A program made the position numbers and the translations under genes. From the NCBI GenBank assembly GCA_047967505.1, contig CM106538.1: a stretch of DNA of 64,000 nt; one strand, 5' to 3'. Source of the stretch: Dipteris shenzhenensis (Eukaryota). Below are positions 25,301 through 37,780 of the stretch, piece by piece; the first letter of the stretch is position 1; every line of letters begins with the position of its first letter. The notes beneath the pieces are model-generated. The model searched no databases. It was not told the DNA's origin and saw nothing but the letters and a program-made list of their open reading frames with translations.

Positions 25301-26618
25301 AGGCTGGACCAAGGAAGGAGTGTGTCTCCACACCTCCTCACGGGCACGACGAGTGCGAGGAGAGCAAGCGGCTCCTGCTGGAAAAGGGTCCTGTAGAAGT
25401 CGGTGGCCAATCCCAAGACCTCTCCCGGATCCGTGACGATGTGTCCCTCCGCTATCCTGAGACTCCGAAGCTGATCACCTGCAGCTCTCTGGCCATGTGT
25501 CCTGAAGAACTCCCTGCACATCCGGTCACCCTTCCGAGCCCAGAAGGAGAGAGAGGCGTGATAGGAAAACTCTGAGCCCGGGGATGCCTGCTGGAGCCGC
25601 TGAATGGAGGCGAGGTCCCTCCGAAGGGCTCTCTCTCTACCCCACCACTCCTGTCGAACCTGTAGGGCTGCGAGCTGTGGCAGATCTGGCTGGACTCCTG
25701 CAAAGCCTGTGCCACCGAATCAACCAAATCCGCGCACTCGCCCCAGTCTCTATCCCAAAGACTGCAAATACTGTTGCGCACGTCCTCCCTCGAGAAAATG
25801 GAGTCGGGAATCCGGCATGAGCGGGGGGGAAGGGCCTGAGCTGCCGAATCTAATGATAAGAGCACCGGCGCATGGTCGGAGAGTGTCGTCCCTGGAACTA
25901 TACCGGCCTGACCGCCTCTGCTGATGGCCCAATCACTAACATAAAATCTATCCAGCCTCTCCAGGAGTCTGCCTCCTTCCCTGCGGAAACCCCACGAGAA
26001 GTCCAAGCTCCCGTGCCAACGCCGGAAGGACGGGTCTCGCCAACAGTCCCTTCCTCCTGTCGCAAAGATAAAAGAGTCCCAAGCGGACTGCTCTGCCTGA
26101 GACATACCTGTAAACTCCGGTCCTCTGCCCTGCTGGTCCTCCAAGGTCTCCAAATTGTTGAAGTCACCTCCAACAATCCAAGAATCCATGTCTGGGAGAA
26201 TCCCTGTAAGTGTCCTCCAGAAGGTGGCTCTACAACGGAGATCTGTGGGAGCATAAATGTTGAGAATTCCAACTCTAGAGCCCTCCAATTCCAAGCCTAC
26301 CCAAAGGGCACGACCTGGAATCAACGTGCCATGACCGAAAACTCCCTGGGCTAGCTGCTCTCCCACGGAAGTACAGACACCACCACTCCTCCCCAGTGCG
26401 CCGATCGAGGGCTCCCAATAAGTGTGAGAGCGACCAGGGAGGATCTTCCCGCATCTACGGGAGTGAGCCGCCGAAAGCTTGTGTTCCTGGAGCAGAAGTA
26501 CATCCAAACGTCCTATCACTGCTGGCTGAAGTTCCTGTCTCAAAATGAGCTTCCTGGGACCACGGGTGCCAGAAGAGTGAAACCCGTTCACATTCCAGGA
26601 TACGAGGTGTAGGCTCAT
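22312..26618 (-). pseudogene. LINE ORF2: APE endonuclease, reverse transcriptase and zf-RVT, frameshifted
   Basis: SWNVNG, LQEHK, GGDFN, RLDRF and SDH (EN). WRPITLL, LDFEKAYD, RQGCPL and YADD (RT). FLWLL.H..L...C..C....E...H.LW.C (zinc finger). The protein is split over several frames. Confidence 0.93.
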
Positions 26619-28656
26619 GGTGAGGACTGGGAGGCAGCGAACAACTGTCTGCTCGCGGTGTCGAGGTCGAAGAAGAAGCTGACATTTCGGAGTAGAGGCG
26701 CTGGCGCTTATGGGAAGGTTTGGAGGGGGAGGCGGGGTCGTCCTGCCCGTCCTTCAACACCTTCAGCAAAGGCGAGAGGCCTTTGGTACCATGAACGAAG
26801 GCTTTCTCGAGCCAGCTCGAGATCTCTGAGGTGGACATCCCGTAGAAGGCACGGAGTTTTTGAGGCATCCAAGCTCTGACATCTTGGGGGAGGGGCCAAG
26901 ACAGGGGCGGCCTGAGGATCACAATCAGTCTGAATCGTTTGGCGGCGCAGCGCCACCGCAGGCGCACGTCACCCTCGGACCACTGAGTCTCGAGAAGCTG
27001 CCCACCGGACGGGCCTATCCAGGAGCAAATCTGAGCATGCGTCTACTCCCTGAGAGCCTCCCAGACCGAGTCGTCTGTCCAGGTTTCGGTGCCGTCGCTG
27101 AGGAACGTGAAAGCAAAGCTAGGGCCATCCCTAGGGGCCAAGGCGGCTATCTTCCCATCCGCCCCTTTGCGGAGCAGGAAGATACTGATGTCGAGGCAAG
27201 CAGGGAAGGTCCCGAGGTCGGCCACATCCAAGTAGTCCCAGGGGCCAGATCTGTAAAAGTCGCGGGGGAGCTCTCTCTCCTGAAGCTGAGGCCCGTCAGA
27301 GTCTGCCACTGAGGGGCTAGCGGACGGAGAAGCCTGCTCCGGTGGTGGTGTAGACTCCGGGTGTCCTGCCAGCGGAGGGGGAGGGGGAGGGGGAGGAGGC
27401 TGGGGAATAGGCAGCTCAGACTCCTCAGGGGCGGCTAGCGGAGGAGAAGAAGGAGGGGGAGCGGGAACTGCCCTCGGCTGAGGAACCGTCGGAGCAGCTA
27501 GCTCTGCGGGAGAACTGAAAGAGGCGGGGGGGGGAGGGATGGGGCTGCAACTGGAACTGGGGCTGAGAAGGAGGGGGAGAAGACTGAGGAGGACGAGGGG
27601 GCTGAAGCTGCGGGTCGGGAGACAAGGGGTGCAGTTGGGGGATGGGCTGGGGCTGGATGGGAAGAGGCTGGGGAGAGGAAGAGAGGAGGACCTGAGGCTG
27701 TGGAGGGCCGGCTACCGTCGAAGAAGATGCTCTCCCATGTCCCTGGGGCGGCTGCCTGTCGGGTCTCTGAGGTGCAGCTACAGGCGGGGTAACCTCTGCC
27801 TCCTTGCCTTTATCAGAAATCTTCTTGTTCTTTCCTCTTTTCCTTCTAACCTCAGTCCAGCCGCTAGCTATCTCTGGTCCGGCTGCCTCTGCTCCTCCTG
27901 GCATGGCTGCCCGGAGGGGGGAGGAGGGGGCAGAGAGGGGGGAGGCGGGGGAGGCCGAGAAGAGCTGGCGAAACGTGGGCAAGCAGCAGCCAGGTGTCCA
28001 AAGCCGTGACACCTCAGACACTGTCCTGGCTGTCCGGTGACTACCATGCTCTGGGTGATGCTGCCGGCACCTGTCACGATCTCGATCACTGCCGGGAGAG
28101 TCGCAGGATCTGCCACAGCCACACGGACTCGGGGGGCTCCTGCCGTAGTCACCGCATCGGCGAAAGTATCGTGCATAACCCAGCCGAAGTGGGAACCCAG
28201 GTCCCTAACAATCGGCCGCAGCTCAGCAGCAAGACCAGGAAAAACTAGCGTCACTGGATGGCGAGGTATACGGAACCGGGCATCAAAATCTGCTGCGCTG
28301 AATCCACGGTACCACGGGACTATCATGATAATCTTTCCATCCACTGACGTGGGGGAGCCAGCAATCAGGTTGCTCGCAGCTTTCGCACTAGAGAGTTTAA
28401 GCCAGAAGATGCCCCTTCCCATAAGGGCCACCTCCTCAATATGGCCGTCCTCTAGCATGAGAGTGGACTGGAGCCAGTCCCTGATGGCTGATCTGGAGGG
28501 GGAATGTCCAATGACTCTGCCATAGACAGAGGTAAGAGCAAAGTCATTGGCAACCTCCTGAACCCGAGATGATTGCTGCTCTGTCAGGATGACGCGGTAG
28601 GCGTCTGGAGAGGGAGGGACCGTCTGGGCCTCCGGTTCCGGGAAGGGAGCCGCCAT
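26619..28656 (-). pseudogene. LINE ORF1 (DUF4283/RRM-like domain plus CCHC knuckle), frameshifted downstream
   Basis: MAAPFPEP start at 28656, MGRGIFWLKL..VPW and CLRCHGFGHLAAAC. A Pro/Ser-rich tail continues in other frames. Confidence 0.8.
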
Positions 28657-31075
28657 ACCGCCAAGACAAACTGCGAGGCTTCCGATGAGGAAGAGGCTGT
28701 CACCCAAAAAAGGGGGGGGTAGAAGCGGGAGGGTGGAGCCTGGGTGTGGCGGGAACGGAGGTGGCGCGAGGTGGAGGCGTGGAGGCAGGGGACGGATGAA
28801 GTGGGGCGGCGGGAGCGGAAGCGGGGGCGGGGGAGAGGCAGAGCGGGGACGAGGGGGCGGACGGGGGGCGAGGGGAATGGAGGGGCGGAGGGGGCGGGGT
28901 GGGGCGAATGGACGGGGGGGGGGGGGGGGCGGGGGTGAAGGCGGGAGGGGAAGGCGGGGGTGGAACGGGAGGGCGGAGAGGCGGGAGGGGGCGAGGCGGG
29001 AGGTGAGGGGTGAGGGGGCGGAATGGGCGGCGGGGGTGAGCAGAGTGGAGCGAGGGGGTAGCGGGCTGGGGCGGAGGGGGGTAGCAGGGCGGGGGTGAGC
29101 GGAGGGGGTAGCGAGGCGGGGGTGAGCGGAGGGGGTAGCAGGGCGGGAGGTGTGGAGCGAGGGGGTAGCGGAGTGGAGCAGAGGGGGTAGCGGGGCGGGG
29201 GTGAGCGGAGGGGGGTAGCGGGCGGGGGTGGAGCGTGGCGAGGGGGACGGAGCGAGGTGGGGGTGAGGGGGGAGGTGAGGGCGGAGGGGTAGGGGCGGGA
29301 GAGGGCGAGGCAAGGAGGGGCTAGGGGGAGGTAGAGGTACGGCGGGGGAGGGGAAGCTCGCAGGAGCTCCTGTCATAGATATTAGCGGAGGACTGCTCAA
29401 TAGAGATATAGCTTTAGCAGCTGTGAGACGCAAGTGGACAAATGTATTGAGACCCACAGGAGATGCTAGAGATGACCACTACCTTCTACCAATAGTTGTT
29501 TCAATTAAAGGAGGAGTTTGTCCAGGTCCTTTTAGCCTAGGAGGTAGTCTGGGACCATATCCTGCCAGTGGTCTCCTCAAGCATGAGTGAGTGGATAAGT
29601 GGAGGCCCCTTTCACTAACAAGGAGTGCCCTCAAGTCCCTCCCTTTGCAGAAGTGCCATAGAAAGGATGGATTGATGGCATCCTTCTTTAGTCCCTCCCT
29701 TTGCCTACCTCAAGGGAATAGGGTAATGGACTATTTCGGCAAGGATTGGACCATTGAGCCAGTTTAGTCTTAACAAGGTAGGAGGGGGTGTGGTGGCATC
29801 TTTGGTTATGGGTGGTCAACATGTTCGAGAGATGCAATGGGCTCCAAGAGAGTGGTTTTGGTGTGCACACATAGGGCACTTAGAGAGGGTGGAGAAGATG
29901 CTCTTCCTTTCGTATATGACATGCATTGGTTGTCACCTCCGATTGTAGGGTGTAGCCCAACCTCCCTTGAGAGAGTGGAAAAGATTATCTCTAGATTTTG
30001 GTTTGCTTATGGACTAGCTACATGCCACAGAGGATGGGGGCCCTCCAGATTATCACAAGGACACACAAGATGCAATGGAACTTCAAATGGGCAGAGGGGT
30101 TCTCCCTAGATCGGACCTCTCTAGCTTAAAATATCCAAGGCCAATGGTCTTTTGGATATAGAGGCACAAGATATGCTAACATTATTGCTTGGAACATCTA
30201 GGTTGCCCATTGCAGTTTGTGATGGGAGGCCAGCAAGTTTCCCTAGTATCCACCTTAGTTGCCATCTAGCATGGCAAGACATTTGCGTGCCATATGGGAG
30301 CGTGGGATGTTAGGATCTTGAACTATCGATGAGAGGCAAATGTGTTTCTGCAAGGCTTGGCTTACAGGTGTCTATTTCATAGATACCTAGGGAATGGGAT
30401 GGGTTCTCTGAAAACACGCTTGTTGACAACTAGTCCTTTCTTTAGCATTTCTTCCATGCTCAACCACCATGATCAATTGATTTATAAAGGTCAATTTATT
30501 AATGGAAAGTTCTTTTTTTGAGGAAAAAAGTTACAAATAGCATAGAGACATTCCAACAAGAACTTCAAAGTTTGTATGAAGTTCAAGATATGCAACTCAT
30601 CCATGCAAAAAGAATCATGACCAATCTGGAGGAGAGCAAATGGAGAATTTTAAGGAGTCAAATAAAGGGACTAAAGACCAAAGAAAATTAGATGATGCAA
30701 GTATAATAAGAACTCACTACAACGACAAAAACCCAACTGGCATAATCATTACAAAAAATTGCCAAGAAAACCACATTGACAAAATGCTACAGAAGTCAAA
30801 TACAAGTGGTAAAGTGTCATCACATAGCATGATCCAGATACAAGTGTTGTTACCACTAACATAGCATAATCCAAAGCAAATGGTTGTGTTACCACTAACA
30901 TAGCATAATCCAAAGCAAACTAATTTCAAAAGAGACATATAAATCATTATACAATACAAAGAAAAGTGTCAAGAACGACAAAATCAAGAAGGACAAACAT
31001 CTCAAGCAAGAATCTCAAATAGTATGAAAAAGATGGGAGAACCCAATGGAAGAAGTCCTAATGTAAGGAGTCACA

Positions 31076-31741
31076 TGTTAAATTACACTACACAGCGGAA
31101 CAGAAACTGAACAAAGAATAAAGAGTACACAACAAACTGGAGATGAACAAAATTTTCCTTCAATACTGATGTAGTATAGATGATGGCTCCGTTCACCCGT
31201 GCGCTCCCACAGCAGAGCTTAGATGGCGATCTAGACAGATACTAGATGAAGAGCTACTAGCTGAAAGATCTCTACTGGAAGATCTAATCTGGTACAATGA
31301 ACTGGAGAGATCGCCTCTTGATAGCTATGAGGACAGTAGTCAAATCAACGTAGTCGATGGAACCGACCAGTCAACCTAGTCGGTGAAGCCGACCAGTCAA
31401 CCTAGTCGGTAGAACCGACTAGTCGTCCATGGAATATTCAGAGAATATTTCCTATACCGTCGCCTCGGGAACTCTCGCCCCCGAACCCCCACCAGGGGGA
31501 CCGCTGGCCCCCTGACCCCCCAACTGGAACTGGCCCCCAAGCCCCAGCAAGAATAAGGAACTCCCACACAATCACCTTTCTACCATCAACGGTCTCATTG
31601 ATAAACCTCATCTAACATGCAAGTAAGGATCCATCCAGTGTCACGGGCTCACACATGGCTTCTCATATGGGAGCCTTACAACTTGAGCACCTTGGACCAC
31701 TGGTGGTTACCAGGAGAGTGGGGCATTGAGCATATCTAACA
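31076..31741. mobile_element. Solo LTR (666 bp)
   Basis: TGTTA...TAACA termini and 5-bp TSD TCACA (31071-31075 and 31742-31746). No PBS or coding sequence. Internal CCGACCAGTCAACCTAGTCGG repeats. Confidence 0.85.
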
Positions 31742-33263
31742 TCACACGGTTGTACAAAGAAGTCCTAACACAAGCAATCATAAGGTTGTACCATACAAGT
31801 AGTCACAAGGTTGCACCAAGACATTATTGCCATTTTGACATGTGATAATCATCTAGTTGACAAATCGCAAGTACAATGCAAATAGCGACATATTAAAGCT
31901 TTAAACTCATTGCCAACCATACATTCAAACAAAAACTTCGAAGAAGACACTCATACAAATATGCCAAGAACTAACTAAAGATGATAGGAATATTTTCTAT
32001 CATGCAACAATGCCTCTGGATTCGAAAGATTCAATGGGCAGCCCTCCCCTAAGAATGGTAGGTGGATTGATACTATTACTCCAAAAGCCACCAGATACAT
32101 CCCACAGTACAATTCATCATCAACTTCTGGCATTGAAACTGATCATCCTAGCACAGCAAGTGTTCGAGAAATATGTCACTTACCTCACCTCCAACCTTCC
32201 CCATACCTGTTCACACTTCGTTGCAACCTCCATGTCCATTCTCACCAACTCCCAAGAGATGAAAGTCAACCATTACTCCCTCTTATGTTCCTTTGCCCAT
32301 GCCTACAACTCACCTATAAGTCCTAGGCAAACCATCCTTAATTGCCATATTTTTCCATAACCTTGAAAGTCCTTCCACAAAAGATTATCAAGATTGCCTC
32401 ACCGTTAGCCCCCCATTAATCAAATCCAGAGCCAATCCCTATCTTATCTTCATTGATCCATCCAAGTCAACTTTTTCACTTTTTGATTTCCCCATCTTTA
32501 GCATTCCAATGTCTGCCATATCAATATATACACGCAAAGAGGGAGATCTATACAAAGTCCTGTCTCGGTCTGCCATGGGAAGGAAATTCCTATATACAGT
32601 CATGCTTCAGTTTACAAAGCTATATACCACTGATATCCCTTGAGGGGCAAGTGGACCCCATGTAGAGTTCTTACTCTCTTTCCCTACTCTCACATGCTTT
32701 TCAAGTTTGGTGCCTAGCTTCCGCAATGTAGCTGAGTAGCGTTAGTGTATGATTTTATAAAAAAGTAAGCATTGGTCCACATTATATCATAAGACATGTT
32801 CGTGGTTGTAACGAGAGAAACCTGAATCAAGCTACATGACGACTAGCATAAAGAAAACTACATGATCAGAGATTCTATACTTACCATAATATTTCATATC
32901 CTTTCTTTCCTTCAATTTTTTTTAATGTGCACAAAATGAGGGATGACAGAAAATCTTGAGACTACGATGACACTCCTAATCTCACCAATCACAGACCTTG
33001 CACTCTTTAAGGAAAACTGGTCTGATCAAATTGTGTTTTATTCATAGAAAAGAGGACAAATGTGACAATTCACCAATGTATTAAGAAACATGTTGTGACA
33101 GAGATAGCCTTACTGATCTAATCAAAGAACAAAAAGTAGGGAGCAATGAAGCAAAGGGAAGAGAAACAGAAAGCAGACACTACAGAGGTTACCAAAAAAG
33201 GTCGTCCCAAGTTGGTATAAGTAATTATTATACTAAGGCATTTCCATATCTCAGCATTGACAA

Positions 33264-33878
33264 TCAGAATACTGGGCAACCTTTAACTATGATACCTGGG
33301 GCAGTAGGGCATGTGGCAAGTGGACAATGATCAATATCTGTGCCCCACCACTCTAATTTTTTCTTTGTCAATCCAAGTGAGAAATAAAGTAGTACTCCCA
33401 TAAATGCTGTACCAGCATCAAGAGCTGCAGAAAGTATGTAATTGTAACGCTGCCACCATCCTTTCCTGAACTGAAAAATGTAGAAGTTGAAAAAAGCGCC
33501 TACTATCAACCAAGTGAAAATGTTCACAGGAGTTGCAGGGGGCATGCTTGAAAAGCCTCCAAGCAACACTGGAATATTAATTAGGGCTATCCATCCCACT
33601 CTTGGGAAGACTTTGCTAAGAATCCAGATTGGAACAGGAAGAAGAGCCCCAAGCAAAAAAAACCAGGTGAGGTTTTTATAGATACCAGAAGATCCAAAGA
33701 GGTACCTTGGACCTACAAGGCCCCACAATACAGAGGCATCATACGCAACTCGATCCTTCGGGCACGTCCAGGGACTCGCAGGAGGAAGAGTATCAATATC
33801 ACAAATGGAATCAATTGATGTAAGCATCCACCATGCGATTGATATGTTGACTGTACCAGCAATCAATGTGCCCACAAG
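33264..33878 (-). CDS. OPT3: OPT3 coding exon 6
   Basis: LVGTLIAG...KGCPVF followed by TGA. Confidence 0.93.
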   Translation of the reverse strand, partial: LVGTLIAGTVNISIAWWMLTSIDSICDIDTLPPASPWTCPKDRVAYDASVLWGLVGPRYLFGSSGIYKNLTWFFLLGALLPVPIWILSKVFPRVGWIALINIPVLLGGFSSMPPATPVNIFTWLIVGAFFNFYIFQFRKGWWQRYNYILSAALDAGTAFMGVLLYFSLGLTKKKLEWWGTDIDHCPLATCPTAPGIIVKGCPVF

Positions 33879-36793
33879 CTGTAACACAGATTAACAGAAA
33901 TGTTAAGTGTCTCCCAACAAGCCCACCTTGCTCCACTTATGGTGTACCCTGTGCATGGTGTGTTGAGGTTATATTTCTTTTGGAGGAGGAAGAAGGGGTT
34001 TTCTCACAGCAGCATGCTCGTGTGTGGACATGCATGTGGAATGGGAGAGTCCACTCAGTGAACAGGTGCATGTGGTTAGCTTCCAAGTTTTGGCAAAGCA
34101 GAGAACAAATACATGAAATAAATGTGCTTAGTGAGAAGAACGTCAACCTGTGCTGTGTACATACACCTCGGCGGAATTTTCATGTAATGACCCAGCTTTA
34201 GGTCAGCCAAGAATGAGATAGCATGGGTCATACTTATCCTGCCATAGGTCTTGAAGAGTGTGTTTGCTATTGGCCTTCCTGGAAGTAGATAGCCAATCAC
34301 AAACTCTGCCAATACATTGAATCCAGGAGGCTGTTCCATGAAAAGTTCAAAGCCCATCAGACTATTTGGCTGGGAGAGTTCAAGAAAATAAAAGAGTAGT
34401 TGATTCAGTCTTATGATCTGCTTTGTCGCTTCAGCCAATCCATCCATCCAAAAGACACACCAAAGTTGAAACAGGGAAACCAGAGTTCATGAAAGAAAGA
34501 GATGGCATGGCTCCTTGTGCCACACCATGAACAAAGAGAGCTGAGAATTCAAGACTAGGGCACAGTAGCCAGCAGGAAACAAACCTGATTAGTCGTTGCT
34601 GTGATTACTCCAATGGGAAGGGTAAAAAGTGATGCAATACCGCATGCCAGAAGTACACCCCACCAGGGTAGCTGAACAGCATCTTCCCATACAATGGACA
34701 CCATAAGAGATAGTGCAAGGCTAACCACCAGCAAAATGACAAACCAGCTCTGAGGGACCTCCCTATACCGTCTCATCAATTGTGAATGCACATCAGATTT
34801 CTGGTCCATCATAGCAGACTGACTACGCTGAAGGATTTCCCTGTCAAACAGAAGATATTTCTTGTTTAATTAGATGCTGGTAAAATGATTTTGAAGGTAA
34901 CAGGAAATTCCCACCATCCAGTTTGTAGGTAAGGCACGTACTTCCCATGGAAAAAAGCCACATGAGTAAGGGTTGCTGCAATTCTTGCAAACCCAAATCC
35001 GATGGAAAGAGCAAAGAATGTGCTCATATACAAACTGCTATAATTGTTGTATGCCTGGGCGTCAAAGGTGAAATCTGTTGTCATCACACGACTTATATTG
35101 TACTTATTCCCTTTGTCTGTGTACAGCTGACTTGAAAATAAGGCAAAAGTTCTTGCCTGATATGCATCTCCCCAATATGCGGCTGGGACAACTACGTAAA
35201 TAAAGAGAATAAACCCAATCCCAAGGTTGACAATAGAGAACCATGGTGTCACCAGGGGGCTACCAAGATAGGATGATACTCCAGCCCAGTCTAGTGAGAT
35301 TGCCCCAATACCCAAACCATGGAAACCAGAACCCACTTGATTTGCAGTGACATTGTGTGGCCAGATCCAGCATATCCAGGAGAAGAATGTGAGCATACTG
35401 AATAAGTACCCTGGTAATGTATAATATGCAAAGCTAATCATCGCAAATATAATGAAGAATTGCATTCTGGTCAATCCCTTCCTCGTACGAATATCATTCT
35501 CGTGTAGAGTCCTGAGGGTTTTCTTCACAACAAATGATAAACATCAGACAATACACTATTTCATTTGCATCTCCTATTCAAATGTTCAAATTTGCAGCTT
35601 TATTTTCTTTCTATTGATTTAAAAACATAGTTGATAATTGTGTTCTTCTCTTGGATTTGTTAGGGCAGGCCCAAAATAGTATTTCTAAAATAAAAGCTAA
35701 GCCTGCAGGCTGCATGTCCATGTGAACCGTGCCTTTTTACCATGCCCACGGCACTGCCAAGGGAGCGCACCCAAGCTGGCATTAATCAAGCCTGAGGCCT
35801 AGACATGAGCGCATATCTCACAGCGCTTTGGCCAGGCTCACTCTTGGCATGCCCACGCTGGGGGGCAGCCTAAAAATTTTCCAAAAAAAGTCTCAGGAAT
35901 CAATAATAATTATGAAGGCTCAGGAGCTACCCAGAAAGAAACAACACAATAACATTTTGGGTGCACCTGAAAAGGGAGACTTGCACTAAGTTCGAAGGCC
36001 ACCACATATGTGCGGGTTCAATCAGGTATCGCCGAAAAATGCCAGCCCATCCATAACCGAGTACCTTGTCATGCACACAGAAAACAAGCGTGAGAAAGCC
36101 TCAAAGAGAACACCAGAAGAAAACCACCTGCCTACTGGTGAGGAGACACCAAGATAGGCCAAAAGTGCCAAAGGACTTCATTTCAAAAATCAGAGAGCAC
36201 GGAGGAAAAGTTGAGATCCCCAGCTTACCAATTTAAAAGTTCTAAATTGAGGAGAAATATATTGAGCTTATTACCTGCGTTGTGAGAACAATGAGAAGGC
36301 CCGCGATAAAGCGAATGTTTTTCTTGTAAAAGGCTTTTATGATGTTGATTGCTCCGACTGAGTATGCATCTCCACCACCAAACGCCACGCCAGCATTTGC
36401 AAAGATCGTGATGAGCACGTGCTCTTTCATGTTAAAGGGTCCTGGGTTGAGGCAAAATTTTGAGCCAAGTAGGGGAACTGTAAACTGAGTCGCGGGAAGC
36501 ACTGCTGCCATAAACCGTCCAATAGGAAGGGCAGCTATCTGTGCAAATGTGGCTGATACCGCGAGGGGCTGAGTTCGGTAAGAAAAGAACGTGTTTAAAA
36601 ACATCAATACAACGCAGGACGTTACGCCTAAAACCCACATCCTGAAAGTCATGACAGGCAAAGACGGATCATCTGTGATTGGCACAGTAAGCGCGACTTC
36701 TTCCACTACGGACTGAACTGCATTCACATCTGGAGGCTCAACACTCGCCCCGTTTGCATATGCCGCCCTTCCAAAGGCAGGATTGTCTTCCAT
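33264..36793 (-). CDS. OPT3: Oligopeptide transporter OPT3-like (6 coding exons, 2241 nt, 746 aa)
   Basis: [32 protein letters not shown] (NPG motif), [18 protein letters not shown] (KP motif) and C-terminal [19 protein letters not shown]. All five introns are GT-AG and phase-consistent. Confidence 0.95.
34148..34330 (-). CDS. OPT3: OPT3 coding exon 5
   Basis: [10 protein letters not shown]...[17 protein letters not shown], flanked by AG and GT. Confidence 0.92.
34585..34840 (-). CDS. OPT3: OPT3 coding exon 4
   Basis: [10 protein letters not shown]...ITATTNQ, flanked by AG and GT. Confidence 0.92.
34942..35511 (-). CDS. OPT3: OPT3 coding exon 3
   Basis: TLHE...FFHG, flanked by AG and GT. 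Confidence 0.92.
35967..36064 (-). CDS. OPT3: OPT3 coding exon 2 (not in the ORF track)
   Basis: [32 protein letters not shown], flanked by AG and GT. Confidence 0.92.
36275..36793 (-). CDS. OPT3: OPT3 coding exon 1
   Basis: ATG at 36793 to ...VLTTQ, then donor GTAA. Confidence 0.9.
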
Positions 36794-37718
36794 TCTTATA
36801 AACAGGCGCCCGTTAGCACTACCTTCTGGTTTTGAGGGCCCAAAAAATCTTCAAAACAAAAATAGAAACCAAACATCCCATAAACATCTAACATTGTGGC
36901 GAAAGATTCAAAATTAGACACCTCTCTCAACTCTGTACTTCACACGGTCCATTCCATCGCGATACCAATACTTGGAAGCGATTGAAAATTGAGAAAAAGT
37001 GTCTAGAAGAAAACCTGGAAACGAAATGAATTCCAAACGTTGGAGCTATGGATATCTACACAGATGATTACACAAAGCCAACAAGCTAAACATTCAAATT
37101 TTACCTTAAATTCAAAGCTGCAGCAAAGTGAAGCTCACAATGGGGCTGTCTGCATAAACCAGAATTCCGTGTCGACTAATCGAGTCTCGCAGGAAGATGC
37201 TGGTCGCAAAGTCTGAAACAGACTTCATCCAATAGCGCAAGCACCCAAATTTGATGACTATCAACACGGGCGAGCAGGCTATTTATGAGCTCTTGGACCG
37301 GTACGACCAGGAATTGGACAAAGGGAGGAATGAGGGAAGGCGAGGCGGGTACGGCAATTAGTGGGGAGGTAGTGGAATCCAGAAGCCAACGATGGGAGCT
37401 GATTGCAACAAGGGGGAGGGGGAGAGAGGGGCAAGGAAGCGGTGGAGCACGCGCGGGCAAGGAGGGAGCACGCGCTGCCAAAAGCCATAGCCATCGCCCG
37501 AGTTGGTCGAGTTTGGTCGAGGCGGCAGTGGCAGTTAGACACTGTCACTCCTCACTTGAGTTTCAAAGGCAAATTAGCCATCGCCACCATAGCCGGAGCT
37601 CGAGCTTCGAGCTCGAGTTCGAGTTCAAAGCCAAAGCCATAGCAATCGCCATCGCCATAGCTGGAGCTTCGAGCTTCCACTCTCAGTAGACACTGTCAGT
37701 CCTCCTCTTCAGTTCCCC

Positions 37719-37780
37719 GTCCACGTCACTTGCCACTTGTCCTCCACGTCACCCTGGCTTCGTCTCGTCGCCACGTCACC
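37719..37780 (-). promoter_or_regulatory. Three TGACGTGG (Hex/G-box-like bZIP) motifs upstream of OPT3
   Basis: CCACGTCA occurs at about 37721, 37744 and 37771, just beyond a GC-rich putative first exon. Confidence 0.45.

Larger units (their letters stand above)
22173..29393 (-). mobile_element. Apparently full-length L1-clade LINE (about 7.2 kb) with poly(A) tail and TSD
   Basis: Poly-T at 22172-22189. 14-bp TSD TGCTCAA(C/T)AGAGAT at 22159-22172 and 29394-29407. GC-rich body containing ORF1 and ORF2. Confidence 0.95.
19490..30430 (+). mobile_element. Old degenerate L1-type LINE, split by the young LINE (boundaries approximate)
   Basis: C-rich 5' region. The ORF1 remnant VLERDHIQEVTIYGKGIF..IPWYQGF (20315-20524) resembles MLEDGHIEEVALMGRGIF..VPWYRGF of the young LINE. 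ORF2 remnants after 29408 (DPQEMLEMTTTFYQ, KWRP) and near 30150-30240. Confidence 0.65.

Noticed and set aside
22300-29100. Numerous overlapping plus-strand ORFs in the LINE
   Set aside because: These are shadow ORFs expected in GC-rich sequence antisense to ORF1 and ORF2.
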